A DNA stretch of 62,697 nt, filler included, from Mycoplasmatota bacterium (GCA_012727915.1; 4 parts of 4 records of this genome joined end to end with filler, not necessarily neighbours in it), one strand, 5' to 3'; shown: positions 10,796 through 21,506, counted from the whole stretch's first letter. Numbers and translations: made by a program. Notes: generated by a model not told the origin, from the sequence alone.

Positions 10796-12061
10796 TTGTT
10801 AAAGGTAATTAAGCAAGTTTTCGCTCCTCAAAATAAAGATTTGCGAAGAAAAATATTATTTACTTTGGGCATATTATTAGTATTTAAGTTTGGTACAGTA
10901 ATACCTGTTCCCGGAACTCAAGCAATAGTTAGAGACTTGGGATTTCTTGAACTTATGAATGCAATGGGAGGAGGAGCAATAGAAAGATTTTCTATATTTG
11001 CTCTTGGAATATCTCCATATATTAGTGCATCCATAATTACTCAAATATTACAGATGGATATTATTCCATATTTCTCTGAATTAAAAAGTCAAGGAGCATC
11101 AGGTAGAAAAAAAATCAATCAAATTAATAGATACCTAGGAATTATAATTGCATTTTTCCAAGGATACGTATTTTCATTTACTTTCTTTGGTCAAAATGGA
11201 ACCCCTATGGACTATTTAAGAATTACAATAATATTAACTGCTGGAACAGCATTTGTTCTTTGGTTAAGTGATCAAATTACTCAAAAAGGAATTGGTAATG
11301 GAGTATCATTACTAATTATGGCTGGTATTGTTTCATCATTACCTAATATGTTGGGAACCGCATTTACCGAGTTAGTAAACTTTGGAGATGGTACTAAAGC
11401 AATATTAGGAATAATATCATTTGTTGTGTTCATTTTAATATATTTAGGAATAATAATTGCGATAATATATATGCAACAAGCTGAAAGGCGAATACCAGTT
11501 CAATATGCTAATAGAACTACAAGTTCTTATGGTGGACAACAAACATATATGCCAATTAAGATAAATTCTGCAGGAGTTATGCCAGTAATATTTGCATCTA
11601 TGTTTATATCCTTACCCACAGCACTAGCGCAATTTATCAATAATAAAGGTTTTTCAAGTTTTGTAGATAAATTTTTAAATTATAATTCACCAGCTGGTTT
11701 AGCATTTTATTTATTGATGATATTATTATTTACATTTGTATATATACTAATGAATTTAAATCCAAAAGAGTTATCTTCAGATTTAAATAAAAGAGGAGGA
11801 TATATACCTGGAACAAAACCCGGTAATGATACTACTAAATATATCAAGTATGTATTAATAAGAATAACTGTTATTGGAGCCTTGTTCTTAGTAGTAATTG
11901 CGGGTTTACCAATTATATTTACAAATTTATCAAAACTTCCTGCAAGTGTTACGGTTGGAGGAACAGGTTTATTAATCGTTGTTGGTGTTGCTTTGGAACT
12001 ATATAATCAAATTGAAAACTCAGTTGTTGAGAGAAGTTATAAAAGGAGTTATAAGAAATGA
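10796..12061 (+). CDS. secY: Preprotein translocase SecY
   Basis: TTG start. SIFALGI.PYI.ASII, GIGNGVSL, GVMPVIFA, IPG.KPG, GGTGLLIVVGV. Confidence 0.99.
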   Translation: MLKVIKQVFAPQNKDLRRKILFTLGILLVFKFGTVIPVPGTQAIVRDLGFLELMNAMGGGAIERFSIFALGISPYISASIITQILQMDIIPYFSELKSQGASGRKKINQINRYLGIIIAFFQGYVFSFTFFGQNGTPMDYLRITIILTAGTAFVLWLSDQITQKGIGNGVSLLIMAGIVSSLPNMLGTAFTELVNFGDGTKAILGIISFVVFILIYLGIIIAIIYMQQAERRIPVQYANRTTSSYGGQQTYMPIKINSAGVMPVIFASMFISLPTALAQFINNKGFSSFVDKFLNYNSPAGLAFYLLMILLFTFVYILMNLNPKELSSDLNKRGGYIPGTKPGNDTTKYIKYVLIRITVIGALFLVVIAGLPIIFTNLSKLPASVTVGGTGLLIVVGVALELYNQIENSVVERSYKRSYKK

Positions 12062-12699
12062 TGAATATAATATTAATCGCTCCACCCGCAGCCGGAAAAG
12101 GAACCCATTCAGCTACACTTAAAGAAAAATATGGCTTATCTCATATTTCAACTGGAGATTTATTAAGAGAAGTTGCTGTTAAAGATAAGGATATAGCGGA
12201 TAAAATAGCAAAAGGAGAATTAATCTCTGATGAAATTGTTTATACTTTGTTAGAAAACAAAATTATAGAAATTAATTCTAGTAAAGGACATATATTTGAT
12301 GGGTTTCCTAGAACATTAAATCAAGCAATTGAAGTTGACAATATTCTTAAAAAATTTAATCAAAAGGTTGATGTTGTTATATATCTAGATATAGAAAAAG
12401 ATGTAGCAATGAAAAGAGTATTAGGAAGATTGACTTGCTCTAATTGTGGGGAGATTTATAATATATATAGAGATACATTTATAAATGAGAATCATTGTAA
12501 TAAATGTAATTCAATATTGATAAAAAGAAATGATGACAATGAGGAAACATTTACTAAAAGATTTAATACGTATTTAGAAAAAACTCAACCATTAATTGAT
12601 TTTTATAAAAATAGAGGTTTATTAAAGAATGTTAAATGTCAAAAAACTCAAGAAGAGACGTTTAAATTGATAGAAAATATTATAAGAGAGTTAAAATGA
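12061..12699 (+). CDS. adk: Adenylate kinase with zinc-lid
   Basis: APPAAGKGT, HISTGDLLR, DGFPR, CSNC...CNKC. Start is 12058 or 12061. Confidence 0.98.
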   Translation: MNIILIAPPAAGKGTHSATLKEKYGLSHISTGDLLREVAVKDKDIADKIAKGELISDEIVYTLLENKIIEINSSKGHIFDGFPRTLNQAIEVDNILKKFNQKVDVVIYLDIEKDVAMKRVLGRLTCSNCGEIYNIYRDTFINENHCNKCNSILIKRNDDNEETFTKRFNTYLEKTQPLIDFYKNRGLLKNVKCQKTQEETFKLIENIIRELK

Positions 12700-13442
12700 T
12701 TATAATAAAATCTGATAGAGAAATACAATTAATTAAAGAAGCTTGCAATAAAACTAGAGAAACCATAGAGTATTTAGAGGAGTTTATTAAACCAGGTATT
12801 ACTACAAGAAAGCTAGATGCTTTAGCAGAAGAATATATACATAAAATAGGTTGTATACCTGCTTTAAAAAACTACGAGGGATATCCAAATACAATTTGTG
12901 CTTCAGTAAATGATGCGGTTGTTCATGGTATTCCTAATGATTATATTCTAAAAGAAGGAGACATAATTTCAATAGATTTATCAGTATCTTATAAGGGTTA
13001 TTATGGTGATATGGCAAAAACATATCCAGTAGGTAATATAGATAAAGAAAAACAATACTTAATTAAACATACTGAAGAAAGTTTATACCAAGGTATTGAG
13101 CAAGTAAAACCAAATAACAGAATTGGCGATATAAGTAATGCAGTTGAAAATTACGCAAAAAAACATAAACTAGGAATAGTAAGAGAATTAGTGGGTCATG
13201 GTGTTGGAATTGAAATACACGAAGATCCAAATGTTCCAAATTATGGAAAGAAAGGAATTGGTCCTATGCTAAAACCAGGAATGATTATAGCGATAGAACC
13301 AATGTTAAACCTAAAAGGTGAGGAAATATATTTAGAAGAAGATGATTGGACTATTAAAACTCAAGATGGTAGTCCATCAGCGCATTTCGAACATACAGTT
13401 TTAGTAACCAAAGAAGGTTATAATATATTAACGAAGAGGTGA
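12696..13442 (+). CDS. map: Methionine aminopeptidase type I
   Basis: SVN..VVHGIP, GHGVG..IHE.P, AIEPM, SAHFEHT. Confidence 0.98.
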   Translation: MIIIKSDREIQLIKEACNKTRETIEYLEEFIKPGITTRKLDALAEEYIHKIGCIPALKNYEGYPNTICASVNDAVVHGIPNDYILKEGDIISIDLSVSYKGYYGDMAKTYPVGNIDKEKQYLIKHTEESLYQGIEQVKPNNRIGDISNAVENYAKKHKLGIVRELVGHGVGIEIHEDPNVPNYGKKGIGPMLKPGMIIAIEPMLNLKGEEIYLEEDDWTIKTQDGSPSAHFEHTVLVTKEGYNILTKR

Positions 13443-13447
13443 GATTA

Positions 13448-13663
13448 TTGTCGAATAAAGATTCAATTGAAATGAATGGTAAAGTATTAGATTTATTGCC
13501 ATCTGGTCAATTTAAGGTGGAATTGGAAAACGGTCACATTGTTACTGCTTATATAGGCGGTAAAATGAGAATGAATTTTATTCGAGTTCAAAGAGGAGAC
13601 AATGTAAAAATTGAATTATCTCCATTTGATTTGACTCATGGTCGTATAATATTTAGAAATTAA
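13448..13663 (+). CDS. infA: Translation initiation factor IF-1
   Basis: F.VELENGH, GKMR.NFIR, GRII. TTG start after GAGGTG. Confidence 0.97.
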   Translation: MSNKDSIEMNGKVLDLLPSGQFKVELENGHIVTAYIGGKMRMNFIRVQRGDNVKIELSPFDLTHGRIIFRN

Positions 13664-13675
13664 TAGGAGGAAAAA

Positions 13676-13789
13676 ATGAAAGTAAGACCATCTGTAAAAA
13701 AGATATGTCCAAAATGTAAGATAGTTAAAAGAAAAGGTGTTGTTATGGTTATTTGTGAAAATCCAAAACACAAACAAAGACAAGGTTAA
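13676..13789 (+). CDS. rpmJ: 50S ribosomal protein L36 (not in ORF track)
   Basis: Manual translation [46 protein letters not shown]. Confidence 0.99.
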   Translation: MKVRPSVKKICPKCKIVKRKGVVMVICENPKHKQRQG

Positions 13790-13801
13790 TAGGAGGAATA
13801 T

Positions 13802-14170
13802 ATGGTACGTATAAAAGGTGTAGATATACCAAATGAAAAAAGAGTAGAAATTGCGCTTACTTATATTTTTGGAATAGGAAGATCTTTATCAAAGGAAATT
13901 CTTAAAAAAGTAAATGTAGATTTAAATAAGAAAGCTAAAGATTTAAATGAAGATGAAATTGTAGCTATTCGTGATGAAATGTCAAAACATTTAACTGAAG
14001 GAGATCTTCGTAGAGAAGTAAGTATAAATGTAAAAACAAAAATGGAAATTGGTTCATATCAAGGAGTTCGTCATCGTAAAGGACTTCCTGTTAGAGGCCA
14101 AAGAACTAATAGAAACGCTCGTACACGTAAAGGTCGTGGAAAAGTAGTTGCTAATAAGAAGAAAGTATAG
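13802..14170 (+). CDS. rpsM: 30S ribosomal protein S13
   Basis: [24 protein letters not shown]. Confidence 0.99.
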   Translation: MVRIKGVDIPNEKRVEIALTYIFGIGRSLSKEILKKVNVDLNKKAKDLNEDEIVAIRDEMSKHLTEGDLRREVSINVKTKMEIGSYQGVRHRKGLPVRGQRTNRNARTRKGRGKVVANKKKV

Positions 14171-14185
14171 TAAGGAGGTAAGAAT

Positions 14186-14569
14186 ATGGCATATAAAGCA
14201 AGAAAAAGAAAAGTTAAAAAGAATGTACCTGAAGGTATTGCAAATATAAGAGTATCTTACAACAATACTATTGTAACTATTACTGATAAAGAAGGAAATG
14301 CAGTTAGTTGGGCTTCAGCAGGAACTTTAGGATACAAAGGTTCTAAGAAAAAAACTCCTTATGCAGCAGGTTTAGCAGCAGAAAGCGCTGCAAAGGCAGC
14401 TTATGATTTAGGCATGAGAAGTGTAGAAGTAAATATAAATGGTGTGGCTCCATCAAGAGATACAGCATTGCGTTCATTAATATCAGGAGGATTAGAAATT
14501 ACATCTTTAAGTGATGTAACACCAATACCTCACAATGGTTGCCGTCCACCAAAACGTCCTCGTGGATAA
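14186..14569 (+). CDS. rpsK: 30S ribosomal protein S11
   Basis: [23 protein letters not shown]. Confidence 0.99.
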   Translation: MAYKARKRKVKKNVPEGIANIRVSYNNTIVTITDKEGNAVSWASAGTLGYKGSKKKTPYAAGLAAESAAKAAYDLGMRSVEVNINGVAPSRDTALRSLISGGLEITSLSDVTPIPHNGCRPPKRPRG

Positions 14570-14588
14570 AAGAAAAGGAGTGAATATT

Positions 14589-15635
14589 ATGGCTAAAAAA
14601 GTAGAAAAAAATGTTGAAGAAAAAATTGAAAATACATCATTTGAAGTAACAACAAATATGGAATATGGCGTTGATAATAATGCACATTTAGTATTTGAAA
14701 AACCAGAATATAAAATGACTGAATTTATTTCAAATAATAACTATGGAAAATTTGAATTGGAACCATTAGAACAAGGATTTGGAAGAACTCTTGGAAATGC
14801 ACTTAGAAGAGTATTGTTATCTTCATTACCTGGTGATGCAATAACAAGCGTTAAAATTGACGGTGTAATGCATGAATTTCAAACTATAAAAGGTGTTATA
14901 GAAGATGTAACTACTATAGTTATTAATTTAAAAAAAGTAGTATTAAAAAAGAATACTGAAGAACAAGTTACAATCAAGTTAAGCGCAAGAGGAGAAGGCC
15001 CTTTAACTGCATCATATTTAGCAAAAGAACCTTCAATCGAAGTAAAAAATCCAGATCTAGTTATTTGCACTTTAGCAAAAGGTGGAAAGCTAGATATGGA
15101 ATTAACAGTTGGAAGAGGAAAAGGATATGTTGTTGCTGAAGAAGTAAAAAGAATATTAAATAATGATGAAATAGGAGTTATTGCAATTGATGCTATTTAT
15201 TCTCCAATAGAAAGAGTAAATTACGATGTTGAAAAAGCTCGTGTAGGTCATAATAATAATTATGATAAATTAATAATAGAAATTTGGACTAATGGTTCGG
15301 TTTTACCTCAAGAAGCTCTTAGCGAAGCAGCAAGTATATTGATGGTTCAATTGGACTATATAGATAATCCAGAATTTACAGAATCAGTAAAAGGATTAAT
15401 GAAACAAAAGAATGAAGACCCTAAGCAAAAACTATTAAAAGCTACTATTGATGATTTAGAATTGTCAGTAAGAGCATATAATTGTTTAAAAAGATCAAAT
15501 ATTTTTACAGTACAAGATTTAGTTAATTATACAGAAGATGAAATGTCAAAAATTAGAAATCTTGGAAAAAAATCTTTGAAAGAAGTAACTGAGAAAGTTA
15601 AAGAAATGGGTCTATCTTTCAAAAATGAAGATTAA
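14589..15635 (+). CDS. rpoA: RNA polymerase alpha subunit with N-terminal extension
   Basis: EPLE.GFG.TLGNALRRVLLSS, LSVRAYNCLKR, RNLGKKSL. ATG 14589 follows AAGGAG. Confidence 0.98.
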   Translation: MAKKVEKNVEEKIENTSFEVTTNMEYGVDNNAHLVFEKPEYKMTEFISNNNYGKFELEPLEQGFGRTLGNALRRVLLSSLPGDAITSVKIDGVMHEFQTIKGVIEDVTTIVINLKKVVLKKNTEEQVTIKLSARGEGPLTASYLAKEPSIEVKNPDLVICTLAKGGKLDMELTVGRGKGYVVAEEVKRILNNDEIGVIAIDAIYSPIERVNYDVEKARVGHNNNYDKLIIEIWTNGSVLPQEALSEAASILMVQLDYIDNPEFTESVKGLMKQKNEDPKQKLLKATIDDLELSVRAYNCLKRSNIFTVQDLVNYTEDEMSKIRNLGKKSLKEVTEKVKEMGLSFKNED

Positions 15636-15646
15636 GGAGAAAAAAT

Positions 15647-15985
15647 ATGGCATATAGAAAATTAGGAGTTACAACTAAACATAGAAAATCAATGTTATCA
15701 AATATGACTATCGATTTAGTTATGAACGAAAGTATTACAACTACTGAAACTAGAGCTAAAGAAGTAAGAAAATTTTTAGATAGAATGATTACTTATGCTA
15801 AAAAAGATACTTTAGTAAATAGAAGAAAAATATTAGCGTTTTTTAAAAACGATAACGAAGCTACAAAAAAAGTATTTGAACTAGCGAAACGTTATGAAGA
15901 TAGAAAAGGTGGATATACTTCTATATTGAAGTTAGAAGAAAGAAAAGGAGATGGTGCCTTATTGGTACTCATCAAATTGGTATAA
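15647..15985 (+). CDS. rplQ: 50S ribosomal protein L17
   Basis: YRKLG, ITTTE.RAKE, R.GGYT, RKGDGA. Confidence 0.98.
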   Translation: MAYRKLGVTTKHRKSMLSNMTIDLVMNESITTTETRAKEVRKFLDRMITYAKKDTLVNRRKILAFFKNDNEATKKVFELAKRYEDRKGGYTSILKLEERKGDGALLVLIKLV

Positions 15986-16005
15986 AACGACAATATGTCG
16001 TTTTT
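15984..16005 (+). terminator. Terminator ending the ribosomal cluster
   Basis: AAAACGACA-ata-TGTCGTTTT plus T. Confidence 0.8.
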
Positions 16006-16055
16006 CTTTTATTAGTATAAATTATAGTATATAATAAAATATATAAAGGAGAATT

Positions 16056-16799
16056 ATGAAAGCATTAATAACAGGAGCATCTTCTGGAATAGGAAGAGAT
16101 ATAGCATTTAATTTATCTGAAAGAGGTTATGATTTAATTTTAGTATCTAAAACAATGGATAATAAGTTGTTAAAAGAATTTAAAACTAAAGTTAAATATA
16201 TTTCTTGTGATTTATCAAATATTAATGAAGTATATAAATTATACGAAAAAACAAAAGCTGAAGATATTGATGTTTTAGTAAATAATGCGGGATTCGGATT
16301 ATTTGGAGAGTTTTATAATTCTTCATTAGATAAAGAAATAGAAATGATCAATTTAAATATAAACGCAGTTCATATATTAACTAAGCTCTATCTTAAAGAT
16401 TTTAGAATAAAGAATAATGGTTATATTTTAAATGTTTCATCTTCTGCTGCTTTTCAAGCCGGTCCATTAATGTCAACATATTATAGTACAAAAGCATATG
16501 TATTAAGATTAACAACTTCGATATATGAGGAATTAAGAAGAGAAAAATCTAATATTGGAATATCTGTTCTTTGCCCTGGTCCAGTAGATACTAATTTTAA
16601 TAAGGTTGCAAATGTAAAATTTGATTTAAAATCAGTATCAAGTAAATATGTTGCAGATTATACTATAAAAAAGATGTTTAAAAAGAAATTAATAATTATT
16701 CCTACATTTTATATGAAAACAATAATAATTTTGAGTAAGGTATTATCAATAAAATTGTTATTAAAAGCAACTTATAATATTCAAAACAAAAAAAGATAA
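16056..16799 (+). CDS. Short-chain dehydrogenase/reductase
   Basis: TGASSGIG, NNAG, catalytic S and YYSTK (YxxxK), PG.V.T. Confidence 0.95.
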   Translation: MKALITGASSGIGRDIAFNLSERGYDLILVSKTMDNKLLKEFKTKVKYISCDLSNINEVYKLYEKTKAEDIDVLVNNAGFGLFGEFYNSSLDKEIEMINLNINAVHILTKLYLKDFRIKNNGYILNVSSSAAFQAGPLMSTYYSTKAYVLRLTTSIYEELRREKSNIGISVLCPGPVDTNFNKVANVKFDLKSVSSKYVADYTIKKMFKKKLIIIPTFYMKTIIILSKVLSIKLLLKATYNIQNKKR

Positions 16800-16856
16800 A
16801 AAAGTAGTCTTTTTTTGTTTTTTTATGTATAATATACTATTATCAATGGGGGTATT

Positions 16857-17645
16857 TTGATGAATAATATTATTTCAATTAATAACCTTGATCATTTCTA
16901 CAATAAAAAGATTATTTTTAAAAATTTTTCTATTGATATTGAAGATGGTAGCTGGACAACTATAGTTGGCCCAAATTCATCAGGGAAAACTACACTAGTA
17001 TATTTACTCGCGGGTTTAATTAAGAATAATAATATTAAATATTATAATATAAAAGATAGAAAAAAAGATATAGGTATATTATTTGATAATCCTAGAAATA
17101 ATTTTATTACTAATACAGTAAAAGATGAACTATTATTGTCTTTTAATTATTCAAATTCTTCTAAGAAGGATTTCGATGATAAAATTGAAGATATTATAGA
17201 TTTATTAAAATTAGAAAATTTACTTTATAAAGATCCAATGACTTTAAGTGGTGGAGAATTGCAAAGAGTATCTTTAGGATTAATATTAATTTATAATCCA
17301 AAAATACTTATAATGGATGATGCATTTTCAATGATAAGTAATAAAGATAAGCAAGATTTAATTAGAGTAATAAAAAGATACAAAAAAGATAATAATATGA
17401 CTATAATTAATTTTACAGATGATTTAGAAGAATCTTTTGGAACAAATAGATTGGTTATCATAAATAAAGGAAAAATTGTAATAGATGGCAAACCAAAAGA
17501 TGTAATGAAAAACGATACGATGATTAATAGACTTGGAATAGAAATACCCTTTATTGTTGATTTATCTAGTAAGTTAAAATTATATGGTCTAATAGATGAT
17601 ATATATTTTGACGAAGAAACGTTGGTGAATGATATATGGAAATAA
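16857..17645 (+). CDS. ecfA1: ECF transporter ATPase A1 (degenerate Walker B and H-loop)
   Basis: GPNSSGKT, LSGGE.QR, MDDA. Conserved position after rplQ and before a second ATPase and EcfT. Confidence 0.85.
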   Translation: MMNNIISINNLDHFYNKKIIFKNFSIDIEDGSWTTIVGPNSSGKTTLVYLLAGLIKNNNIKYYNIKDRKKDIGILFDNPRNNFITNTVKDELLLSFNYSNSSKKDFDDKIEDIIDLLKLENLLYKDPMTLSGGELQRVSLGLILIYNPKILIMDDAFSMISNKDKQDLIRVIKRYKKDNNMTIINFTDDLEESFGTNRLVIINKGKIVIDGKPKDVMKNDTMINRLGIEIPFIVDLSSKLKLYGLIDDIYFDEETLVNDIWK

Positions 17646-18451
17646 TATTTAATGCTGTTTCGTTTAATTATAATGTGGGTCTTATTAATGAAGAGCAAGT
17701 TTTAAAAAATATTAATTTGTCTTTTGAAAGCGGAAAAATATATGGAATTACAGGAAAATCTGGTAGTGGAAAAACAACCTTAATTCAATTGATAAAAGGA
17801 GTTATATTGCCAACAAGTGGTAACATAGTAATTGACAAAAAAATAGTAAATAAAAGTTCAAAATTTTATGAAAACAAAAAAATTGGTTATGTTCCACAAT
17901 TTAGTGAGGATTATTTTTTGGAAGATTCAGTTGACAAAGAATTAGGATATATTGTGGGTAATAATACTTATATAAAATTAAATTCCTTAAATATGGTTGG
18001 GTTATCTGAAGATTATATGAATAAAAAAATAAATGAATTAAGTTTTAGCGATAAAAGACTTATTTCTATTGCGGCCACTTTAACATATGCTCCAAGAGTA
18101 TTAATTTTAGATGAACCGGGTTTAGGATTAGATAAATTTAATAAAGAAAAACTTATTAAACTTTTAAAAAATATAAATAATAAGTATAAAGTAACTATTA
18201 TAATAGTAAGTCATGATATTAACTTATTAAACCAAATAGTTTCTGAAATAATTATTTTGAAGGACGGAAAAATATTGTCTCAAGGTAGTAAAGAGGATAT
18301 TTTTAAAAAGACTTCTTTATTAAATAAAAACAACATTGAAAGCCCAAAAATATTAGATTTTATAAATTTAGTTCAAAAAGAAAAAAACATTAAGTTAGGA
18401 AGTTATGATGATGTTAGAGATTTAATTAAGGCGGTGTATAGAAATGTTTAA
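17636..18451 (+). CDS. ecfA2: ECF transporter ATPase A2
   Basis: GKSGSGKT, PQF, LILDEP..GLD, VSHD. Confidence 0.85.
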   Translation: MEIIFNAVSFNYNVGLINEEQVLKNINLSFESGKIYGITGKSGSGKTTLIQLIKGVILPTSGNIVIDKKIVNKSSKFYENKKIGYVPQFSEDYFLEDSVDKELGYIVGNNTYIKLNSLNMVGLSEDYMNKKINELSFSDKRLISIAATLTYAPRVLILDEPGLGLDKFNKEKLIKLLKNINNKYKVTIIIVSHDINLLNQIVSEIIILKDGKILSQGSKEDIFKKTSLLNKNNIESPKILDFINLVQKEKNIKLGSYDDVRDLIKAVYRNV

Positions 18452-19127
18452 AGATAATGTTGCAAAATATTATAATATAAATTCAATACTAAATGAAACA
18501 AAACCAATTATTAAAATACTTTCATTGTTGTTGTTTTTTATATTTTTTTTGATTGCAAATAATATTGTTTTTTCAATAATAATGTTGTTATTTTCATTGA
18601 TATTAGGTGTTTTATCTAAAGTCCCTTTTAAACTTTATTTATATAGATCAATTCCAATAATAATAATAAATATTATAATATTAATTTTGGGTATATTGTT
18701 TAATATAAATACTTTTAATTTTTTATTAAAAAGTATATCTTTCTCAATATATTATTCATCATATATATATTCCACAAAAATATCGGACACAAATAAAGGA
18801 GTGTTCGATATACTAAATATAATTGATTTTTATAATCCAAGAGTATTAAGTTTTTTTACAATATTAATTCATTTTATTTCAATCGTGTTTGTTGAATTTA
18901 TAAAGGTAATTAATATTCAAATAAAAAAAGGAAAAGTTCAAAAAATGGATAAACTAATTGTTTATACTTATAGATTAGTTAAAGGTAAAATCAAAATAAT
19001 AAGTAACAATTTTGAATTGAAAAAATATAATTTCAAATATATAGAAAACAATAGTGTTTATTCGAGTTTAACTATTATTGGGTCTCATTTAATGTTGTTT
19101 TTTGTGTATTTATTAGGTAAAATATAG
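18444..19127 (+). CDS. ecfT: ECF transporter transmembrane T component (divergent)
   Basis: Y...NS.L....P..K start and multiple TM helices; follows the two ATPases. Confidence 0.7.
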   Translation: MFKDNVAKYYNINSILNETKPIIKILSLLLFFIFFLIANNIVFSIIMLLFSLILGVLSKVPFKLYLYRSIPIIIINIIILILGILFNINTFNFLLKSISFSIYYSSYIYSTKISDTNKGVFDILNIIDFYNPRVLSFFTILIHFISIVFVEFIKVINIQIKKGKVQKMDKLIVYTYRLVKGKIKIISNNFELKKYNFKYIENNSVYSSLTIIGSHLMLFFVYLLGKI

Positions 19128-19148
19128 TATAATGAAAAAGGTGATAAT

Positions 19149-19673
19149 ATGAAAACAAAAAAACAATTAAAAAAAGAAGAAGATAAAAGAAAAAAAGAAT
19201 TAAAGAAATCATTGGAATATAATCAATCTATAATAAATACTATTATTACTTTAGTAATTGTAGTAGTTATTTTTGTTGGTTTTTATTTATTAACTGATTA
19301 TATATTAAATAAATCTAGAAAATTGAATTATAAAGAGCCAGAAGAAAAGGAAGCAACAATTCAATATAAAGAAATATTGGCTAGTCAAGTATTTGATCAA
19401 AATGATGAAGAATATTATGTTTTGTTTTATAATTTTGATGGAAATGATGCTGCATATTATAATCAAATAGTTAGTACTACAGAATTAAAATTATATACTG
19501 TAAATATTAATAATCCTTTTAACAAGAATATAGTTTCAGAAAAAACCAATAAAAATGCTCAAAATTATAATGATTTAAGAGTAAAAGAAGCAACTATAAT
19601 AAAAATTAATAATGGAAAAAATGTATTTTATTTTGAAGGTAATTTGTTGTATATAAAAGAAAATTTAAAATAA
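19149..19673 (+). CDS. Membrane-anchored hypothetical protein (possibly thioredoxin-like fold without CxxC)
   Basis: Basic N-terminus, one TM helix, YYVLFY...LYTV...N..N...TIIKI.NG pattern. Confidence 0.6.
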   Translation: MKTKKQLKKEEDKRKKELKKSLEYNQSIINTIITLVIVVVIFVGFYLLTDYILNKSRKLNYKEPEEKEATIQYKEILASQVFDQNDEEYYVLFYNFDGNDAAYYNQIVSTTELKLYTVNINNPFNKNIVSEKTNKNAQNYNDLRVKEATIIKINNGKNVFYFEGNLLYIKENLK

Positions 19674-19732
19674 AACTTATTTTATAATTTTAAAAAATAT
19701 GTTATTATATTAATAAGATGTGAGGGAGTTGT

Positions 19733-20935
19733 ATGACAAGTAAAGAAAATAGATCTAGATTAATAGAGTTAATGTTTGTTGTATTAGTATCTACTGTAGT
19801 AGGTATGGTTAGTGGTGGAGCCGCTATTTTCACTATGTTAGATGTGAAAGAACCAGAATATAGTTATGTTGAAAATAATTCGGATTTATCTGAAGTTAAT
19901 TCTGTTTATGAAGATATTATAAGTAAATATTATAAAGTAGTAGATAAAGATGCTTTAATAACTGGAGCAATAGATGGTATGATTTCTGTATTGGGAGATC
20001 CTAATTCGTCATATTTTGATAATGAAGAAGCTGCATCTTTTAATGATAGATTAAATGGAAAATATGTGGGTGTTGGTTTAGAGATAATGGCAGATGGAAC
20101 TGGTAAAATACTAGTAGTTGGAATATTTGAAGGTTCACCTGCATCAAAAAGTAAAATTAAAGAGGGAGACTATATATTAGAAGTAGATGGTGTTCCTGTA
20201 TCTGGAATTACTGCTGAAGAAACGGCATCTAAAATAAAAAGAGAACTTGGTGAAGAAGCTGTATTAACTATTGAAAGAGATGGTGAAATATTTAAAGAAA
20301 CTATTGCCTCTGGAAATATAGTTATAAAGTCTGTTGAGAGTCAAATATTTAAAAAGAATAACAAAAATGTTGGTTATATTAAATTAGATATATTTGCAGC
20401 TAATACTGAAGAACAATTTACTGAAGAGTTAAAAAAATTAGAAAAACAAAAAATTAACTCATTAATTATTGATGTTAGAAATAATTCTGGAGGGTATTTA
20501 ACTTCAGTAACTGACATTTTAGAAAGATTCTTACCAAAGGGCACAATATTATATAAAACAAGAGATGCAGAAGGTACTATTGATAGATTTGATACAACTT
20601 CTGAAAAAAGAAGTTATAAAGTAGTAGTATTAACAAATGAAGTAAGTGCTTCAGCATCAGAAATACTTGCGGTTACATTGTCAGAAAAGTATGGAGCGAT
20701 TCTTGTTGGTAAAAAAACTTATGGTAAAGGAACCGTTCAACAAGTATTAAATACAGCATCAGGAGGATTTGCAAAAATAACTACTCAAGAATGGTTATCT
20801 CCAGAAGGTAATGAAATAGATAAAGTTGGAGTTGTTCCAAAGTATGATGTGGATATGGATTATAATAAATATGATCCAGCTAAAGCAGAGACGGACACTC
20901 AATTGCAAAAAGCATTAGAGGTTATTGTAAAGTAA
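19733..20935 (+). CDS. S41 family carboxyl-terminal protease with PDZ domain (CtpA-like)
   Basis: GVGL PDZ motif, DVRNNSGG, SASASE catalytic Ser, TYGKGTVQ. Confidence 0.95.
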   Translation: MTSKENRSRLIELMFVVLVSTVVGMVSGGAAIFTMLDVKEPEYSYVENNSDLSEVNSVYEDIISKYYKVVDKDALITGAIDGMISVLGDPNSSYFDNEEAASFNDRLNGKYVGVGLEIMADGTGKILVVGIFEGSPASKSKIKEGDYILEVDGVPVSGITAEETASKIKRELGEEAVLTIERDGEIFKETIASGNIVIKSVESQIFKKNNKNVGYIKLDIFAANTEEQFTEELKKLEKQKINSLIIDVRNNSGGYLTSVTDILERFLPKGTILYKTRDAEGTIDRFDTTSEKRSYKVVVLTNEVSASASEILAVTLSEKYGAILVGKKTYGKGTVQQVLNTASGGFAKITTQEWLSPEGNEIDKVGVVPKYDVDMDYNKYDPAKAETDTQLQKALEVIVK

Positions 20936-21002
20936 CCTCTTTTTTATTGCATTATTTTTATAAAATGTTTATAATTGATACATAGATTGGTGGATTGTAT
21001 TA

Positions 21003-21506
21003 ATGAAAAAAAATGATATTTTATCTATACATGCCTATAAACATAATGGTGTATTGTATAGAGAGTGGGAGAAGTCTGTAGTATTAGATGAAGATGAAGA
21101 CAAGTTAATTTTGAAAAATGACAAGGTAAAAGTTACTGAAGTTGATGGAAGAAAATGGAAGACCAAAGAACCGGCCATTATATATTTTTATAAAAATAAA
21201 TGGTTTAATATTATATCGCAATTTAAGGATAAAGGATTATTCTATTATTGTAATATCGCATCTCCTTATGTTATGGAAGAAAATACTCTTAAATATATTG
21301 ATTATGATTTGGATTTAAGAGTTTTTCCTGATGGAAATTATAGTGTATTAGATCAAGGAGAATATGATTATAATAAAGAAGAAATGAAATATCCAATTGA
21401 AATTGATGAAATAACTAGAGATGCTATGGATGAACTTATATATATGTGCGTTAATAAAATTGGTCCATTTGACAAAAAGGAATTGGAAAAATATTGTGTA
21501 AAGTAA
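21003..21506 (+). CDS. DUF402 nucleoside di/triphosphatase (YgaC/Ntdp-like)
   Basis: YKHNG.L.R.W, YYCNIASP, YIDYDLD. Confidence 0.9.
   Translation: MKKNDILSIHAYKHNGVLYREWEKSVVLDEDEDKLILKNDKVKVTEVDGRKWKTKEPAIIYFYKNKWFNIISQFKDKGLFYYCNIASPYVMEENTLKYIDYDLDLRVFPDGNYSVLDQGEYDYNKEEMKYPIEIDEITRDAMDELIYMCVNKIGPFDKKELEKYCVK

Noticed and set aside
10796..13442. Possible UGA=Trp recoding as in Mollicutes
   Set aside because: secY, adk and map end at TGA at the expected lengths, and conserved Trp residues use TGG.
14570..14588. rpsD missing between rpsK and rpoA
   Set aside because: This is normal for Bacilli, where rpsD lies elsewhere.
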